A stretch of DNA of 16,321 nucleotides from Candidatus Thorarchaeota archaeon (GCA_048882325.1 JBHLRS010000059.1:1-16321); one strand, 5' to 3'. Positions 1 to 8,866 are shown, numbered from the stretch's first letter. The notes: a model not told the origin generated them from the sequence alone. Translations and numbers: made by a program.

Positions 1-1250
1 GCAATCCGTTCTTCATAGTCTTTAGGACTTCTACTCTTATTCGTTCGTTTATACCATCTATCAATTCGATCGAGAATGCCATGATCTACTATCATTTTTC
101 CGAAATTCGGATGCTCTCGTTTTTCTTCAGGGGGATGTATGAGTTCGAACTTCTCACCACGAGTGCCATAGAATATGAGCTCTCTTGCCTTTTCACTGAG
201 GTCTTTGAAAGGAGTATCTAAACTAAAACCGAAATGCTCAGCTATACTGTAAATGCGGACATAGTGCCAGTTGATAATTCGCTTGAAAGTCTTCAATTCC
301 ATATTGAGTGAAAACTTTTCTATTGCACCCTCTCGAAGACTCTTGTTAGGGTCAACGACTAGTAGAAAAGGATCTGTACGCATGTATGTACCTAGTCCGC
401 CACAGGTTCTACAGGCTGCATCAGATTCGTTAGCAGAAAAATACCAAGGAAGAAGCTCGCCAGCTAAAATGTGATGTTCTGAACACGCGAGACCTTCGTA
501 GAAAGCCTCTAGGTTTATGTTATGTGATTCAGCATTAATGATATTGATATGAATGAAACCTTCCCCAATTATCTGACATTCAATGAGAGCATGGACTATT
601 TGTTTTGTCTGATCCCCATTGATAACAAAGCGGTCAACTACAGCTTCGATGTTGTATTCTTCATCTTCATCAAGCTCAATCTTGTCAGCTGTACTGTGTT
701 GTTCTCCATTGATGTAGAGGTCACGACAACCAGCGTTACGAACCTCATCGAAGAGAAATTCATAGTTCTCACCATAAATCTTGAAGACTGGAGCCAGAAT
801 CTCCACATTTGTCCCTGAGGGTAAAGACTGGATTCTATCTGCTATCTGATGTGGAGTTCTTGTTTGAACCTTGGACTCACAGAATGGACAATGAGGTTCA
901 CCTACGGAGGAAAAGAGTAAACGAAGATAGTTCTGGGTCTCTGTTAGGGTTCCAACTGTACTACGAGGATTCCTTACTCCTTGACCCTGAGAGATAGAGA
1001 GAACAGGTGAGAGTCCCTTGACATAATCTACAGCGGGTCGTTTCACCATCGGAACCCGAGTTCGCGCGTAAGCTGATAGCGACTCCATGAAACGTCTTTG
1101 ACCTTCGCCAAAGAGAACATCAAATGCTAGCGAAGACTTTCCTGAACCACTGAGACCAGTAATGACTACTAACTGATCACGCGGTATTTCAACTGATACA
1201 TTCTTCAGATTATTTTCCTTTGCTCCTGCAATCTCGATTGTTGTTCTCAC
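1..1250 (-). CDS. uvrA: UvrA-family excinuclease ABC subunit A, divergent; 5' part only, continues past window start
   Basis: Manual translation from GTG at 1250: MRTTIEIAGAKENNLKNVSVEIPRDQLVVITGLSGSGKSSLAFDVLFGEGQRRFMESLSAYAR...GLSPVLSISQ...NPRSTVGTLTE...GEPHCPFC...ACRTCGGLG. This gives Walker A, UvrA signature blocks and Zn-module cysteines. The start overlaps the upstream TGA (GTGA). Not in the ORF track because no stop lies in the window. Confidence 0.93.
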   Translation of the reverse strand, partial: MRTTIEIAGAKENNLKNVSVEIPRDQLVVITGLSGSGKSSLAFDVLFGEGQRRFMESLSAYARTRVPMVKRPAVDYVKGLSPVLSISQGQGVRNPRSTVGTLTETQNYLRLLFSSVGEPHCPFCESKVQTRTPHQIADRIQSLPSGTNVEILAPVFKIYGENYEFLFDEVRNAGCRDLYINGEQHSTADKIELDEDEEYNIEAVVDRFVINGDQTKQIVHALIECQIIGEGFIHINIINAESHNINLEAFYEGLACSEHHILAGELLPWYFSANESDAACRTCGGLGTYMRTDPFLLVVDPNKSLREGAIEKFSLNMELKTFKRIINWHYVRIYSIAEHFGFSLDTPFKDLSEKARELIFYGTRGEKFELIHPPEEKREHPNFGKMIVDHGILDRIDRWYKRTNKSRSPKDYEERI

Positions 1251-2185
1251 AGTAATTCATCCTCCGAGAAATAATATGCTGCCTCCATCTCAGGCTCACG
1301 ACTCCTACTGGTCAAGTGAACTGGTTTAGGCATCCTCTGAATGACTCCTTCATTTGCTAGCCATTCACAAACTCCAATCAGCGTATTTCCTTGAGGCATT
1401 CCAAGTTTCTTATTGAAATATGCATCAATTCTTGAAATGCCACAGTGTCCGCCTTCATCTATTAGAAAATCTAAGATAGGTCGAAAGAAATCGAGTGTTT
1501 TCTCCTTAGTATAGTCGACCAATATTTGATTGACCATCTCGACTGACTCTCTAGTAACACCCTCATCGAGAATGTCAGTATACACTTTCTTGAAGAGTTC
1601 AGGATTGATTTGTAGTGCCTGTTGTAAGTACTCCCTTCCTGGTATCTGATCATTAAAGATGATTTCCAATCGTGCGATACTGTCAATGGCATTCAATAGA
1701 AATCGATACGCCATGATATAATCATTGTAAATCTGAAGAGATTTTCTAACTTTGGCGAACTCCCCATCGAGGTACATTGCTGACCGCATCAATTGTAGTT
1801 GCTTATCCCTTTGACCAATAGAAACTGCATTCTGAATATATCGTGTAAGACTTTCATCCTTTGAGAAGAGAATCTTACTTGTTGATAGAAGGTGAAACAT
1901 ATGAGAGCTATCTAATGCACGTTCAACAGATTGACGAAAGTATTGTCGTGATTCGATATACACCTGAATCAGAATGTCTCCATCCACTAACCAATAATCA
2001 ATGAACTGTTTCGTTGCGTCTTTAGAGATGAGAATCAAATCGATATCTGATTCCTCCCAGACGTTACCATTTACAAGACTACCAAAAAGAATTGCAGCAA
2101 TGATGTTTGAATCCTTCTCTACTCGTTCGAGAAACTCATCTAAGACCATATTATAATGTGCTACTAGTTTTTCATCGACCGTCAT
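1247..2185 (-). CDS. Pol-beta-superfamily nucleotidyltransferase with C-terminal helical domain
   Basis: ILFGSLVNGNVWEESDIDL matches the hGS-x10-DxD motif. ATG at 2185 lies 1 nt after the upstream TAG and is preferred over the track start at 2224. Confidence 0.8.
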   Translation of the reverse strand: MTVDEKLVAHYNMVLDEFLERVEKDSNIIAAILFGSLVNGNVWEESDIDLILISKDATKQFIDYWLVDGDILIQVYIESRQYFRQSVERALDSSHMFHLLSTSKILFSKDESLTRYIQNAVSIGQRDKQLQLMRSAMYLDGEFAKVRKSLQIYNDYIMAYRFLLNAIDSIARLEIIFNDQIPGREYLQQALQINPELFKKVYTDILDEGVTRESVEMVNQILVDYTKEKTLDFFRPILDFLIDEGGHCGISRIDAYFNKKLGMPQGNTLIGVCEWLANEGVIQRMPKPVHLTSRSREPEMEAAYYFSEDELL

Positions 2186-2186
2186 T

Positions 2187-3071
2187 CTATTGTCCCCTCT
2201 TTCGAATCGGCATGTGTAAATCAAGAATCAACTCATCTTCAGGGGCTGATGGATCTCGCGCCCGTTCAAGCTCTTGATGTTTTCCTAGCTTGTATTCCTT
2301 TGAGTTTGCAATCCATAGATGAAGTCGCCTCCATGAACTCAGAAATCCCTCTTTTTGGAATTGCTCAGCTTCCATTTCCTCTTTCAAATTGCATGTGGCT
2401 ACTGCATATAGTCCACCCTCGAACTCTTTGATCTTTATCTCACCCTCTGGTTCAACCTCAGGCCCGACACGAATCCAAAATTCATATCCGTACTCCTTTG
2501 TACTGGGTGATGGATTAGGATTATTGAACCCAAAGACGGGATGATTCTCAAGATTCTTCAGAAATCCCTTGGACTCAGCCCATGGTCTCATCTTTTCCCA
2601 TGCATCGTTCTCAGGAGTCTTACTTATGACTCGTACATATGCAACTCTCATCGGTGGGAGCTCTACAATTCGAATATCACTGAAGTCTGTAGAGTAATCG
2701 GTAGTCTTACTATGTATCAGCTCAATATATTCTGCAGACCTAAGTGCTCTGATATTCCGCCAACGCTCTGATTCCACATATGCCACTGCAATTGCATAAA
2801 TGAGTGCGAACCCATCATTACTTAGAACATATCGTCCACGGTCCACGTGATTCAGGATACCACTGTCAACCATTTTATTGAGATGATGAACAAGTGCAGT
2901 CTTGCTTAGCCCTGTTCCTCCTCGTAACTCATTGAAATCTCGTTCATCAATTGCTAGAAGTTGAATGATCTGCAATCGTGTTTCATGGGCTAAAGATCTG
3001 AGGAGTTCTGCCAAATCTTTCTTTGAACGTGCAAGGATTTCAAAAATCATGTTAGAGTCAGGCTCGCTCAT
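2187..3071 (-). CDS. ArsR-like winged-HTH regulator fused to a GyrI-like small-molecule-binding domain
   Basis: N-terminal LRSLAHETRLQIIQLL...LSKTALVHHLNKMVDSGIL; C-terminal IVELPPMRVAY...PENDAWEKM...FGFNNPNP...YGYEFWI...GGLYAV...LE. ATG 3071 preferred; the track uses TTG 3089. Confidence 0.85.
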   Translation of the reverse strand: MSEPDSNMIFEILARSKKDLAELLRSLAHETRLQIIQLLAIDERDFNELRGGTGLSKTALVHHLNKMVDSGILNHVDRGRYVLSNDGFALIYAIAVAYVESERWRNIRALRSAEYIELIHSKTTDYSTDFSDIRIVELPPMRVAYVRVISKTPENDAWEKMRPWAESKGFLKNLENHPVFGFNNPNPSPSTKEYGYEFWIRVGPEVEPEGEIKIKEFEGGLYAVATCNLKEEMEAEQFQKEGFLSSWRRLHLWIANSKEYKLGKHQELERARDPSAPEDELILDLHMPIRKRGQ

Positions 3072-3116
3072 AGCACTAGTATTTACCAAGTAGTCTATTA
3101 AATATCACTATTAAAG

Positions 3117-3143
3117 TAGTACTAATAGTACTAATATTACTGA
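3117..3143. promoter_or_regulatory. Putative operator: tandem 9-mers TAGTACTAA-TAGTACTAA-TATTACTGA
   Basis: Both direct repeat and dyad (TAGTACTA-A-TAGTACTA, 3117-3133), about 45 bp upstream of the regulator start. Confidence 0.45.
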
Positions 3144-3170
3144 ACATTTAGAGATATCCAGTAGGACCTA

Positions 3171-3219
3171 GAAATAGAACTTTCCCTTGCCGCTCACTGT
3201 TGAGCACCCTTTTCATTTT
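3171..3219 (+). repeat. Array repeat R1
   Basis: GAAATAGAACTTTCCCTTGCCGCTCACTGTTGAGCACCCTTTTCATTTT. Confidence 0.85.
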
Positions 3220-3323
3220 ATCAATTAAGTAGATAGTATATCCAATTACTGTAAATTCTTATAATTCAAAGTTGAGCCTCATTTTTCAATTTAAAATTCA
3301 GCCTTAAATAAGTGGAGAGATGA

Positions 3324-4313
3324 ATGTTGGAATACCTACAGCTCAAAGGTAGCTACTATGAAATTGGAAAAGCGTTTGGAAAATCCCGGAGGGCTGATAG
3401 GTTATTATATCATACTCCTGACAATGAGAGGTTGGAGTACGCATATGCCTGTGAAGATGTAGTGAGGACACATGCTCCTGATCTACTTGACGAGCTGAGA
3501 GGATTTTCGGATGGAATAGGTTTGGAGTATCAGCAGATCCTTCCTACACATATTCTTCCTGTAGTTTCAACTGGTTGTAATCTTTTCTTTGTAAAAGGAG
3601 AGAGTACTTGCACTAGACTACCTATCTTTGTGCGCCATATGGATTGGATAGAAGATGATCTCAAGTTTCTTAATCTGCTTGAAACAAAACCAGTAGGAAA
3701 GCATTCTGTACTTGGTTTCAACCTTGCTGATCTTGGATGCTTTGATGGATTGAATGAAACTGGATTAGCAGTAGGAACAGCCTCCATTCCATTCTATATT
3801 GGAAAGAATGGAGTGGGTATTCGTGAGAATCTTGCTACAAGATGGTCGCTAGACAACTTCTCTACTGTTGAAGAAACTGCTGAATATCTAAAGAGTATTC
3901 CTCATGTTCAACCAATAGTCTATCTTATAGCTGACAAGACAGGGGTTTCAGCACGTGTGGAATGCACGCCAATAAGGGTCGATGCTGAAATTTCTGAGAG
4001 CAACCTTAGAATCGTGTGTAATTTCTTCATGCTTGGAAGCATGAAAGAATTGGACTCTATGCCGAAGGATGACCGGGCTTGGACCTATTATCGGCGAATC
4101 ATGGAATGGTTCACTCAATCCAATAATGACGTAAAATTAGATGATATCAAGAGAATCTGTAGGAGTCATAATACTGGTATATGTGAGCACCTGGATAATC
4201 CCCCTGGAGGCACCATCTATTCTTGGTTCTCTGAACTTGGTACCGGTATAATTCATCTGGCAGTAGGATATCCCTGCAAGAACGATTATCAACGGTATCA
4301 GTTTACAAGATGA
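3324..4313 (+). CDS. C45-family Ntn-hydrolase (acyl-CoA:6-APA acyltransferase-like peptidase)
   Basis: LKGSYYEIGKAFG N-terminus, autoproteolytic G|C site (STGCNLF), RHMDW, DGLNETGLAV, YLIADKTG, GYPC. Confidence 0.85.
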   Translation: MLEYLQLKGSYYEIGKAFGKSRRADRLLYHTPDNERLEYAYACEDVVRTHAPDLLDELRGFSDGIGLEYQQILPTHILPVVSTGCNLFFVKGESTCTRLPIFVRHMDWIEDDLKFLNLLETKPVGKHSVLGFNLADLGCFDGLNETGLAVGTASIPFYIGKNGVGIRENLATRWSLDNFSTVEETAEYLKSIPHVQPIVYLIADKTGVSARVECTPIRVDAEISESNLRIVCNFFMLGSMKELDSMPKDDRAWTYYRRIMEWFTQSNNDVKLDDIKRICRSHNTGICEHLDNPPGGTIYSWFSELGTGIIHLAVGYPCKNDYQRYQFTR

Positions 4314-4402
4314 ATTGTCACAAGATTTTCACGATTTCAATCGTGGAGAGAGCTTGCTCTGTCTTCGGACGGAGAGAGGTGCAGGCTATGACGGCGGAGT
4401 TA

Positions 4403-4450
4403 GCAACGGGACCTTTCCCTAGCCACTCACTGTTGAGCACCCTTTCATTT
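4403..4450 (+). repeat. Array repeat R2
   Basis: GCAACGGGACCTTTCCCTAGCCACTCACTGTTGAGCACCCTTTCATTT. Confidence 0.9.
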
Positions 4451-5353
4451 CGCTGACATACATTCAAGCTCTGTCTGGAAGATTTTCACTATTCTGAAAC
4501 CCTTGTTTGTCAAGGTCAGGCATTCAGTGTGTTGTTCTTTTCCGTCATCTTTTTGAACGACCCCCTTTCCCAAGAGCTCATTCATAACGAGTCTTTTGGC
4601 TTTCTTCTTGGGAGCGGCTCGCAACCGGGGATTGGTTTGCCGTTTCAAGATTCCTTTCACGACCAACTCGACCGGTAGTGAGCCTGATTCACATATTTCC
4701 AACAGGGGATAGATTGCAGCTCTTAGCTGTTCAGCAAAAGCGGACCAACTGAAGATAGTGTTAGCGTAATCTGTTGCTTGGTCAAGCGGAGTCACTGTCA
4801 CACGTGACGCCATCTCCTCTGGAATCGATTCGACATCAATGAGAAATCCGACGAAAGGGCAAGAATCAACAGCTGAATCATACATTTCATCCTCTCCTTT
4901 CGCAGGTATGCCCTTGGGTGCAATCACGAAAACGTCAGAATATGGGCCTGCATTAATTCCCACTGGATTAACTGTGATCTCTATGGGAGTCCTAGTCAGG
5001 GCGTCTTTCGATTGTATCACCGTTCTCACGCCGAAGAGACCCGCCACTCCCAAGGAATCGATTGCGCACATGGCGTATCCGGTGCCTATACCCTCGACAG
5101 TTATTCTGTGGTCAGTTTCAAAAGGTGAAAATGGATAGGCACCTCGTAGAGTGCCTTCATCATCAAAGCTCAAAAGTGACGTGTAGTGTGCTATCTCTAC
5201 ATAGTTGAGTTGTTTGAAAAGTCTAGAAAACTTCACCTGTATCTCGTCAAATGTCGTTCCCTTTAGCACGCAACTCAGGACCTCGAGGTGTAGGTTTAGG
5301 AAGTCACTGACGACTCGATTATTGATCAGTTTCAATTGTGCATCGGTTGTCAC
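4445..5353 (-). CDS. MerB-like (organomercury lyase family) protein with a C-terminal extension
   Basis: GAYPFS...TDHRI...YAMCAIDSLG...CPFVGF places Cys, Asp and Cys like the MerB catalytic triad. About 90 extra C-terminal residues. Confidence 0.75.
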   Translation of the reverse strand: MTTDAQLKLINNRVVSDFLNLHLEVLSCVLKGTTFDEIQVKFSRLFKQLNYVEIAHYTSLLSFDDEGTLRGAYPFSPFETDHRITVEGIGTGYAMCAIDSLGVAGLFGVRTVIQSKDALTRTPIEITVNPVGINAGPYSDVFVIAPKGIPAKGEDEMYDSAVDSCPFVGFLIDVESIPEEMASRVTVTPLDQATDYANTIFSWSAFAEQLRAAIYPLLEICESGSLPVELVVKGILKRQTNPRLRAAPKKKAKRLVMNELLGKGVVQKDDGKEQHTECLTLTNKGFRIVKIFQTELECMSAK

Positions 5354-5544
5354 CTAATCAACCCCTATATGGTGAATGAAGAATCGTCATGAAATGTCTG
5401 TAAATGAACGACTTCATGGAGCAATTGGTTAGGAGGTTCAAAGTCTCTCTCTCCACAACCTGCGAGAGACATGAATTCCACATACTTTTCAAACTATTGT
5501 TAAGAGCAATCACATAGGAAGCAGATAATGAGTATGAGGACTAG

Positions 5545-5602
5545 CCGTGGTAGAACCACGGGTAATTGCCCAACTGGATCTTTTAAGCACCCTTTCTCTT
5601 TT
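5545..5602 (+). repeat. Array repeat R3 (divergent copy, preceded by hairpin CCGTGGT-AGA-ACCACGG)
   Basis: GGGTAATTGCCCAACTGGATCTTTTAAGCACCCTTTCTCTTTT. Confidence 0.7.
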
Positions 5603-5691
5603 GCAGCAGTCAAGAATCAAAAACCGAATTAACGAGTATTTTAGCGGACAGTAGAAAGATATAATCACATCTTTATGGATGCGTAGTAGTC

Positions 5692-6063
5692 ATGACTAGA
5701 TTTACACGTGTGTATACTGACGAGAATGGTGAAACTCATTTTGAAGATGTGGAGGTTGAATTATCACCAAGTAGCTTTGCACCACCAGCACCACCCTTGA
5801 ACCTCTCAGAATTCAAAGAATCAAAGAAATACGGATTCGTGAAAGCACCTAGTGGATGGTTTGGAGATTGGCACCCCACACCCAAGTGTCAAATGTTTGT
5901 CTATATTTCAGGGAAGATGGAAGCACAAGTTAGTGATGGAGAAGTACGTATATTTGGTCCAGGCAGTGTCACTCTAGTGGAGGATACAACAGGGAAAGGA
6001 CACAAGTCCCGAGTAATTGGAGAACAGGATGTTCTTACACTCGTCATTCAACTTGAGGAGTGA
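5692..6063 (+). CDS. Cupin-fold protein
   Basis: YTDENGETHFED, DWHPTP, SDGEVRIFGPGSVTLVEDTTGKGHKSR are typical of a widespread small cupin family. Confidence 0.85.
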   Translation: MTRFTRVYTDENGETHFEDVEVELSPSSFAPPAPPLNLSEFKESKKYGFVKAPSGWFGDWHPTPKCQMFVYISGKMEAQVSDGEVRIFGPGSVTLVEDTTGKGHKSRVIGEQDVLTLVIQLEE

Positions 6064-6082
6064 TAATCCACAAACACTTACC

Positions 6083-6144
6083 AGGCTACCAAGTTTGGTA
6101 AATAGAGAACTGTCCCGTCCTCACCCGTTGAGCACCCTTTCATT
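6083..6144 (+). repeat. Array repeat R4
   Basis: AGGCTACCAAGTTTGGTAAATAGAGAACTGTCCCGTCCTCACCCGTTGAGCACCCTTTCATT. Confidence 0.9.
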
Positions 6145-6261
6145 CAAATTAAACTAATTTCATTACACCTCTCCGCTGTGGTTTTTGCTAACTTCCAAAT
6201 TGTGCCTATAACTGATGCCTTATTTCAGATTATATGTTCCAAAAAGAAGGAATGAATACTC

Positions 6262-7266
6262 TTGCCACTCCCCAATGATATTCGTCTCCAAATAACTTCA
6301 GAATGCAATTATCACTGCAGTCATTGTTTTTCATCCAGTAATGAAAATGACGTGAACACAGACCTAAGTGATTCAGAAATCCTTCGTCTATTGAATCAGA
6401 TTTTACACGAGAATCTGACAGCTATTAGTATTACAGGAGGAGAACCATTAGTCAAATCAGAGCTCGTTTTCAAGATTCTCAAACGACTGCAAGGGTATGC
6501 GATTACCAAGACATTGAACACAAATGGTTGGTTCTTGTCACTGCCAACTGCTATTCGACTAAAAGAATCAGGATTGAACATAGTTCAAATTAGTCTGGAC
6601 AGCAGCACTGAGGAAAAACACGATTCATTTCGTAAGATGAGCGGCTCATATAGACGGGCATTAGAGGCAATAGAAAACTCTGCTAAAGCAGGTTTAGAGA
6701 CTCATGTGAGAGTTACAATCACTTCATTCAATTATGATGAGATGTCAACTATCTTAGATTTGGCCCTCAAGAAGGGTGCAACCAAGTTAGTTGTGAAACC
6801 TCTCATTCATTCAGGTCGAGGGTCACATGACTGCAAGCCATTGAAACCTGAACAGCATAAAAGAGCAATTTCTGACCTTCTTAATTTAATCCATTCTAAC
6901 TCAAACTTGACGAATAACCATGTCCAGTTCCTCACACCGTGTTTTCCTTTCTTGATTGATCAAGAATATGTTCAATATACTGATCCGTGTGAGTGTGGGA
7001 ATGGCCTTGCATTCATTGCTAGTAATGGTGATGTACAACCATGTGGTTATGCTCACATTACTTTGGGCAATATACTCAGAACATCTCTAGAGAGTATATG
7101 GAGTGATTCACCACATCTACTCAGATGGAGAGGAACTAAGCTCAACGGAAAGTGTCTAGTTTGTAAGTTTGGTGAAATCTGTCAAGGTGGGTGTCGTGCT
7201 GCTGCCTATGAAGCAACTGGTGATATGACATCCCCAGACCCAGCATGTTGGCTGGAGGAATCTTGA
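6262..7266 (+). CDS. Radical SAM enzyme with SPASM domain
   Basis: CNYHCSHC (CX3CX2C), TGGEPL, TNG, QISLD; SPASM CECG...GDVQPC...CLVC-x5-C-x-GGCRA...DPAC. Confidence 0.92.
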   Translation: MPLPNDIRLQITSECNYHCSHCFSSSNENDVNTDLSDSEILRLLNQILHENLTAISITGGEPLVKSELVFKILKRLQGYAITKTLNTNGWFLSLPTAIRLKESGLNIVQISLDSSTEEKHDSFRKMSGSYRRALEAIENSAKAGLETHVRVTITSFNYDEMSTILDLALKKGATKLVVKPLIHSGRGSHDCKPLKPEQHKRAISDLLNLIHSNSNLTNNHVQFLTPCFPFLIDQEYVQYTDPCECGNGLAFIASNGDVQPCGYAHITLGNILRTSLESIWSDSPHLLRWRGTKLNGKCLVCKFGEICQGGCRAAAYEATGDMTSPDPACWLEES

Positions 7267-8177
7267 TGATTATGCCCACTCATGCCCGAACAGTGAAAGT
7301 GGTGACGCGAGCTGACTTTCACTCCATAAGTGAAATTTTAGGAACACTCACCTATGAAACGACAGAGTACTGTATATACCTTGACGAACAAGAAGAGAAC
7401 GTTATTGGCGTATTTCGGGTGACATCCATTCCTGAAACTGAACCTTTCGCCAGAATAAAGGAACTTGTAGAGATTGCACCCGAAGCACCAAAACGACTCA
7501 TTCAGGACTCACATTTGGATGTTACAAGTCCCTTGCAAGTTCTAAGATACTTGGAAAAACTCAAAGCTGGTAGCATTGGTCCGGAAACCATCACCTTCAT
7601 TGCAAAGCATGACCATGTAACCTTTGCATACTGCGACCGCCCAGTTAGTCTTCCTGGAATTCAAGTGATTGATGTAGTTCCTCCTTCACCAAGTAAGCTT
7701 GAAAGAGCTCTGAAGGTATTACAGCATGCAGGCGTGGTTCCAGTTGATTTTCCTGTCACCTATCATCTGATTGATGAGGTTGAGCTACTTAGGGGAATGA
7801 AGTCAGAACCAGTTCTGATTCCATGCAGACTCAGTGATTTAAACACGAATCAGACAAGAAGAAGGATCTTCTCAGTAGACAAGAACCTTCATCAGTTGGA
7901 AGACGGAAAAGTGCATGTACTGGGGTGTACAAGAACACAGCAAGCGGCGCAAGCTCATGGGATTGAGGTTGAGGAGTTCAAGAGTATGTGTCCTAAACAC
8001 AATCTTCCCGAAAAGGGATTCTTCATCGCCAAGTGCTGCATGATGAGATCTGGTGTTGAGCAAATTGAATATGAGCAAGCTAAAGGTGTAGTAGTTCCTT
8101 GGGGATTCAACTATGCTCAGATATTCGAAGCTGGTATTCTACTTCAAGATTTGATAGTCTCTAGTTTCGTTTACTAA
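7266..8177 (+). CDS. Cys-motif protein of unknown function, coupled to the radical SAM gene
   Basis: TGATG stop/start overlap at 7264-7268. Motifs DVVPPSPSKL, LIPCR, VLGCTRT, MCP, AKCC, VVVPWG. Confidence 0.7.
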   Translation: MIMPTHARTVKVVTRADFHSISEILGTLTYETTEYCIYLDEQEENVIGVFRVTSIPETEPFARIKELVEIAPEAPKRLIQDSHLDVTSPLQVLRYLEKLKAGSIGPETITFIAKHDHVTFAYCDRPVSLPGIQVIDVVPPSPSKLERALKVLQHAGVVPVDFPVTYHLIDEVELLRGMKSEPVLIPCRLSDLNTNQTRRRIFSVDKNLHQLEDGKVHVLGCTRTQQAAQAHGIEVEEFKSMCPKHNLPEKGFFIAKCCMMRSGVEQIEYEQAKGVVVPWGFNYAQIFEAGILLQDLIVSSFVY

Positions 8178-8318
8178 TTACCAAAGATTAGCTCATCACT
8201 CATAAACAGTCGCCTCAAGTTACATGAACTTCTCTTATTATTTCCTCAACAAAAATGCATCTTGTTCAATTCTTGCATAGGATAGCAAGGTATCTGTAAC
8301 GGAGCCTGCGGATGGAAA

Positions 8319-8402
8319 ATGGACTTAGGATATAGACTGACAGGGTTCGGTGAACAGAGAACTTTTTTCTTCCTCACCTGTTGAGCCACCCTTTTCATTT
8401 TT
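8319..8402 (+). repeat. Array repeat R5 (long form)
   Basis: ATGGACTTAGGATATAGACTGACAGGGTTCGGTGAACAGAGAACTTTTTTCTTCCTCACCTGTTGAGCCACCCTTTTCATTTTT. Confidence 0.9.
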
Positions 8403-8467
8403 CTAGAATTTCGGATTTGATTTCCACTATCATTATTCTAATATTCAACGACGTGGAAGGTTTGATT

Positions 8468-8629
8468 ATGAAGCAAGTAAACGGACTTTATGAATGCGAA
8501 GAATGTCATTTATTTTATGAAGATGCAAAATGGGCAAAGAAATGTGAGGAATGGTGTATCGAGCACAAGTCTTGTAACCTCGAGATTATGAAACACGCCA
8601 CGAAGGATTCTAAATTAACTCTCTCATAA
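8468..8629 (+). CDS. Small Cys/His-rich putative metal-binding protein (53 aa)
   Basis: MKQVNGLYECEECHLFYEDAKWAKKCEEWCIEHKSCNLEIMKHA. The track start at 8381 lies inside R5, so ATG 8468 is preferred. Confidence 0.7.
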   Translation: MKQVNGLYECEECHLFYEDAKWAKKCEEWCIEHKSCNLEIMKHATKDSKLTLS

Positions 8630-8652
8630 ATACTCTAAGTCGCTTTTCTCAG

Positions 8653-8733
8653 ATGGACCTGGGGTATAGGCTGTCGGGATCCAGTGAACAGGGAACTTTC
8701 CCCCTCCTCACCTGTTAAGCACCCTTTCATTTT
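8653..8733 (+). repeat. Array repeat R6 (long form, closest to consensus)
   Basis: ATGGACCTGGGGTATAGGCTGTCGGGATCCAGTGAACAGGGAACTTTCCCCCTCCTCACCTGTTAAGCACCCTTTCATTTT. Confidence 0.9.
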
Positions 8734-8866
8734 CGTTCAATATGTGGAGATTAGCTTTGATGCATCAAGATTTGATTTGTGATTCAGGTCTATTGACGTT
8801 ATTGTAGTATAGCAAATTCGACATAGCCACATATTAGAACAGTTAGAAGACATACAAAATGTGGTT

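Noticed and set aside
271-997. Plus-strand ORFs 271-474, 549-818 and 809-997
   Set aside because: Antisense shadows of uvrA.
8468-8629. RiPP precursor for the SPASM enzyme
   Set aside because: It is separated from the rSAM module by R5, and its CxxC...C...C..H..C pattern looks like a folded metal-binding domain.
8691-8702. GGGAACTTTCCC resembles an NF-kB site
   Set aside because: Coincidental in a prokaryotic sequence.
8653-8733. Conserved peptide from the antisense ATG in the repeat tail (ATGAAAGGGTGC...)
   Set aside because: Single-base indels between copies shift the frame, and R3, R9 and R10 lack the ATG.
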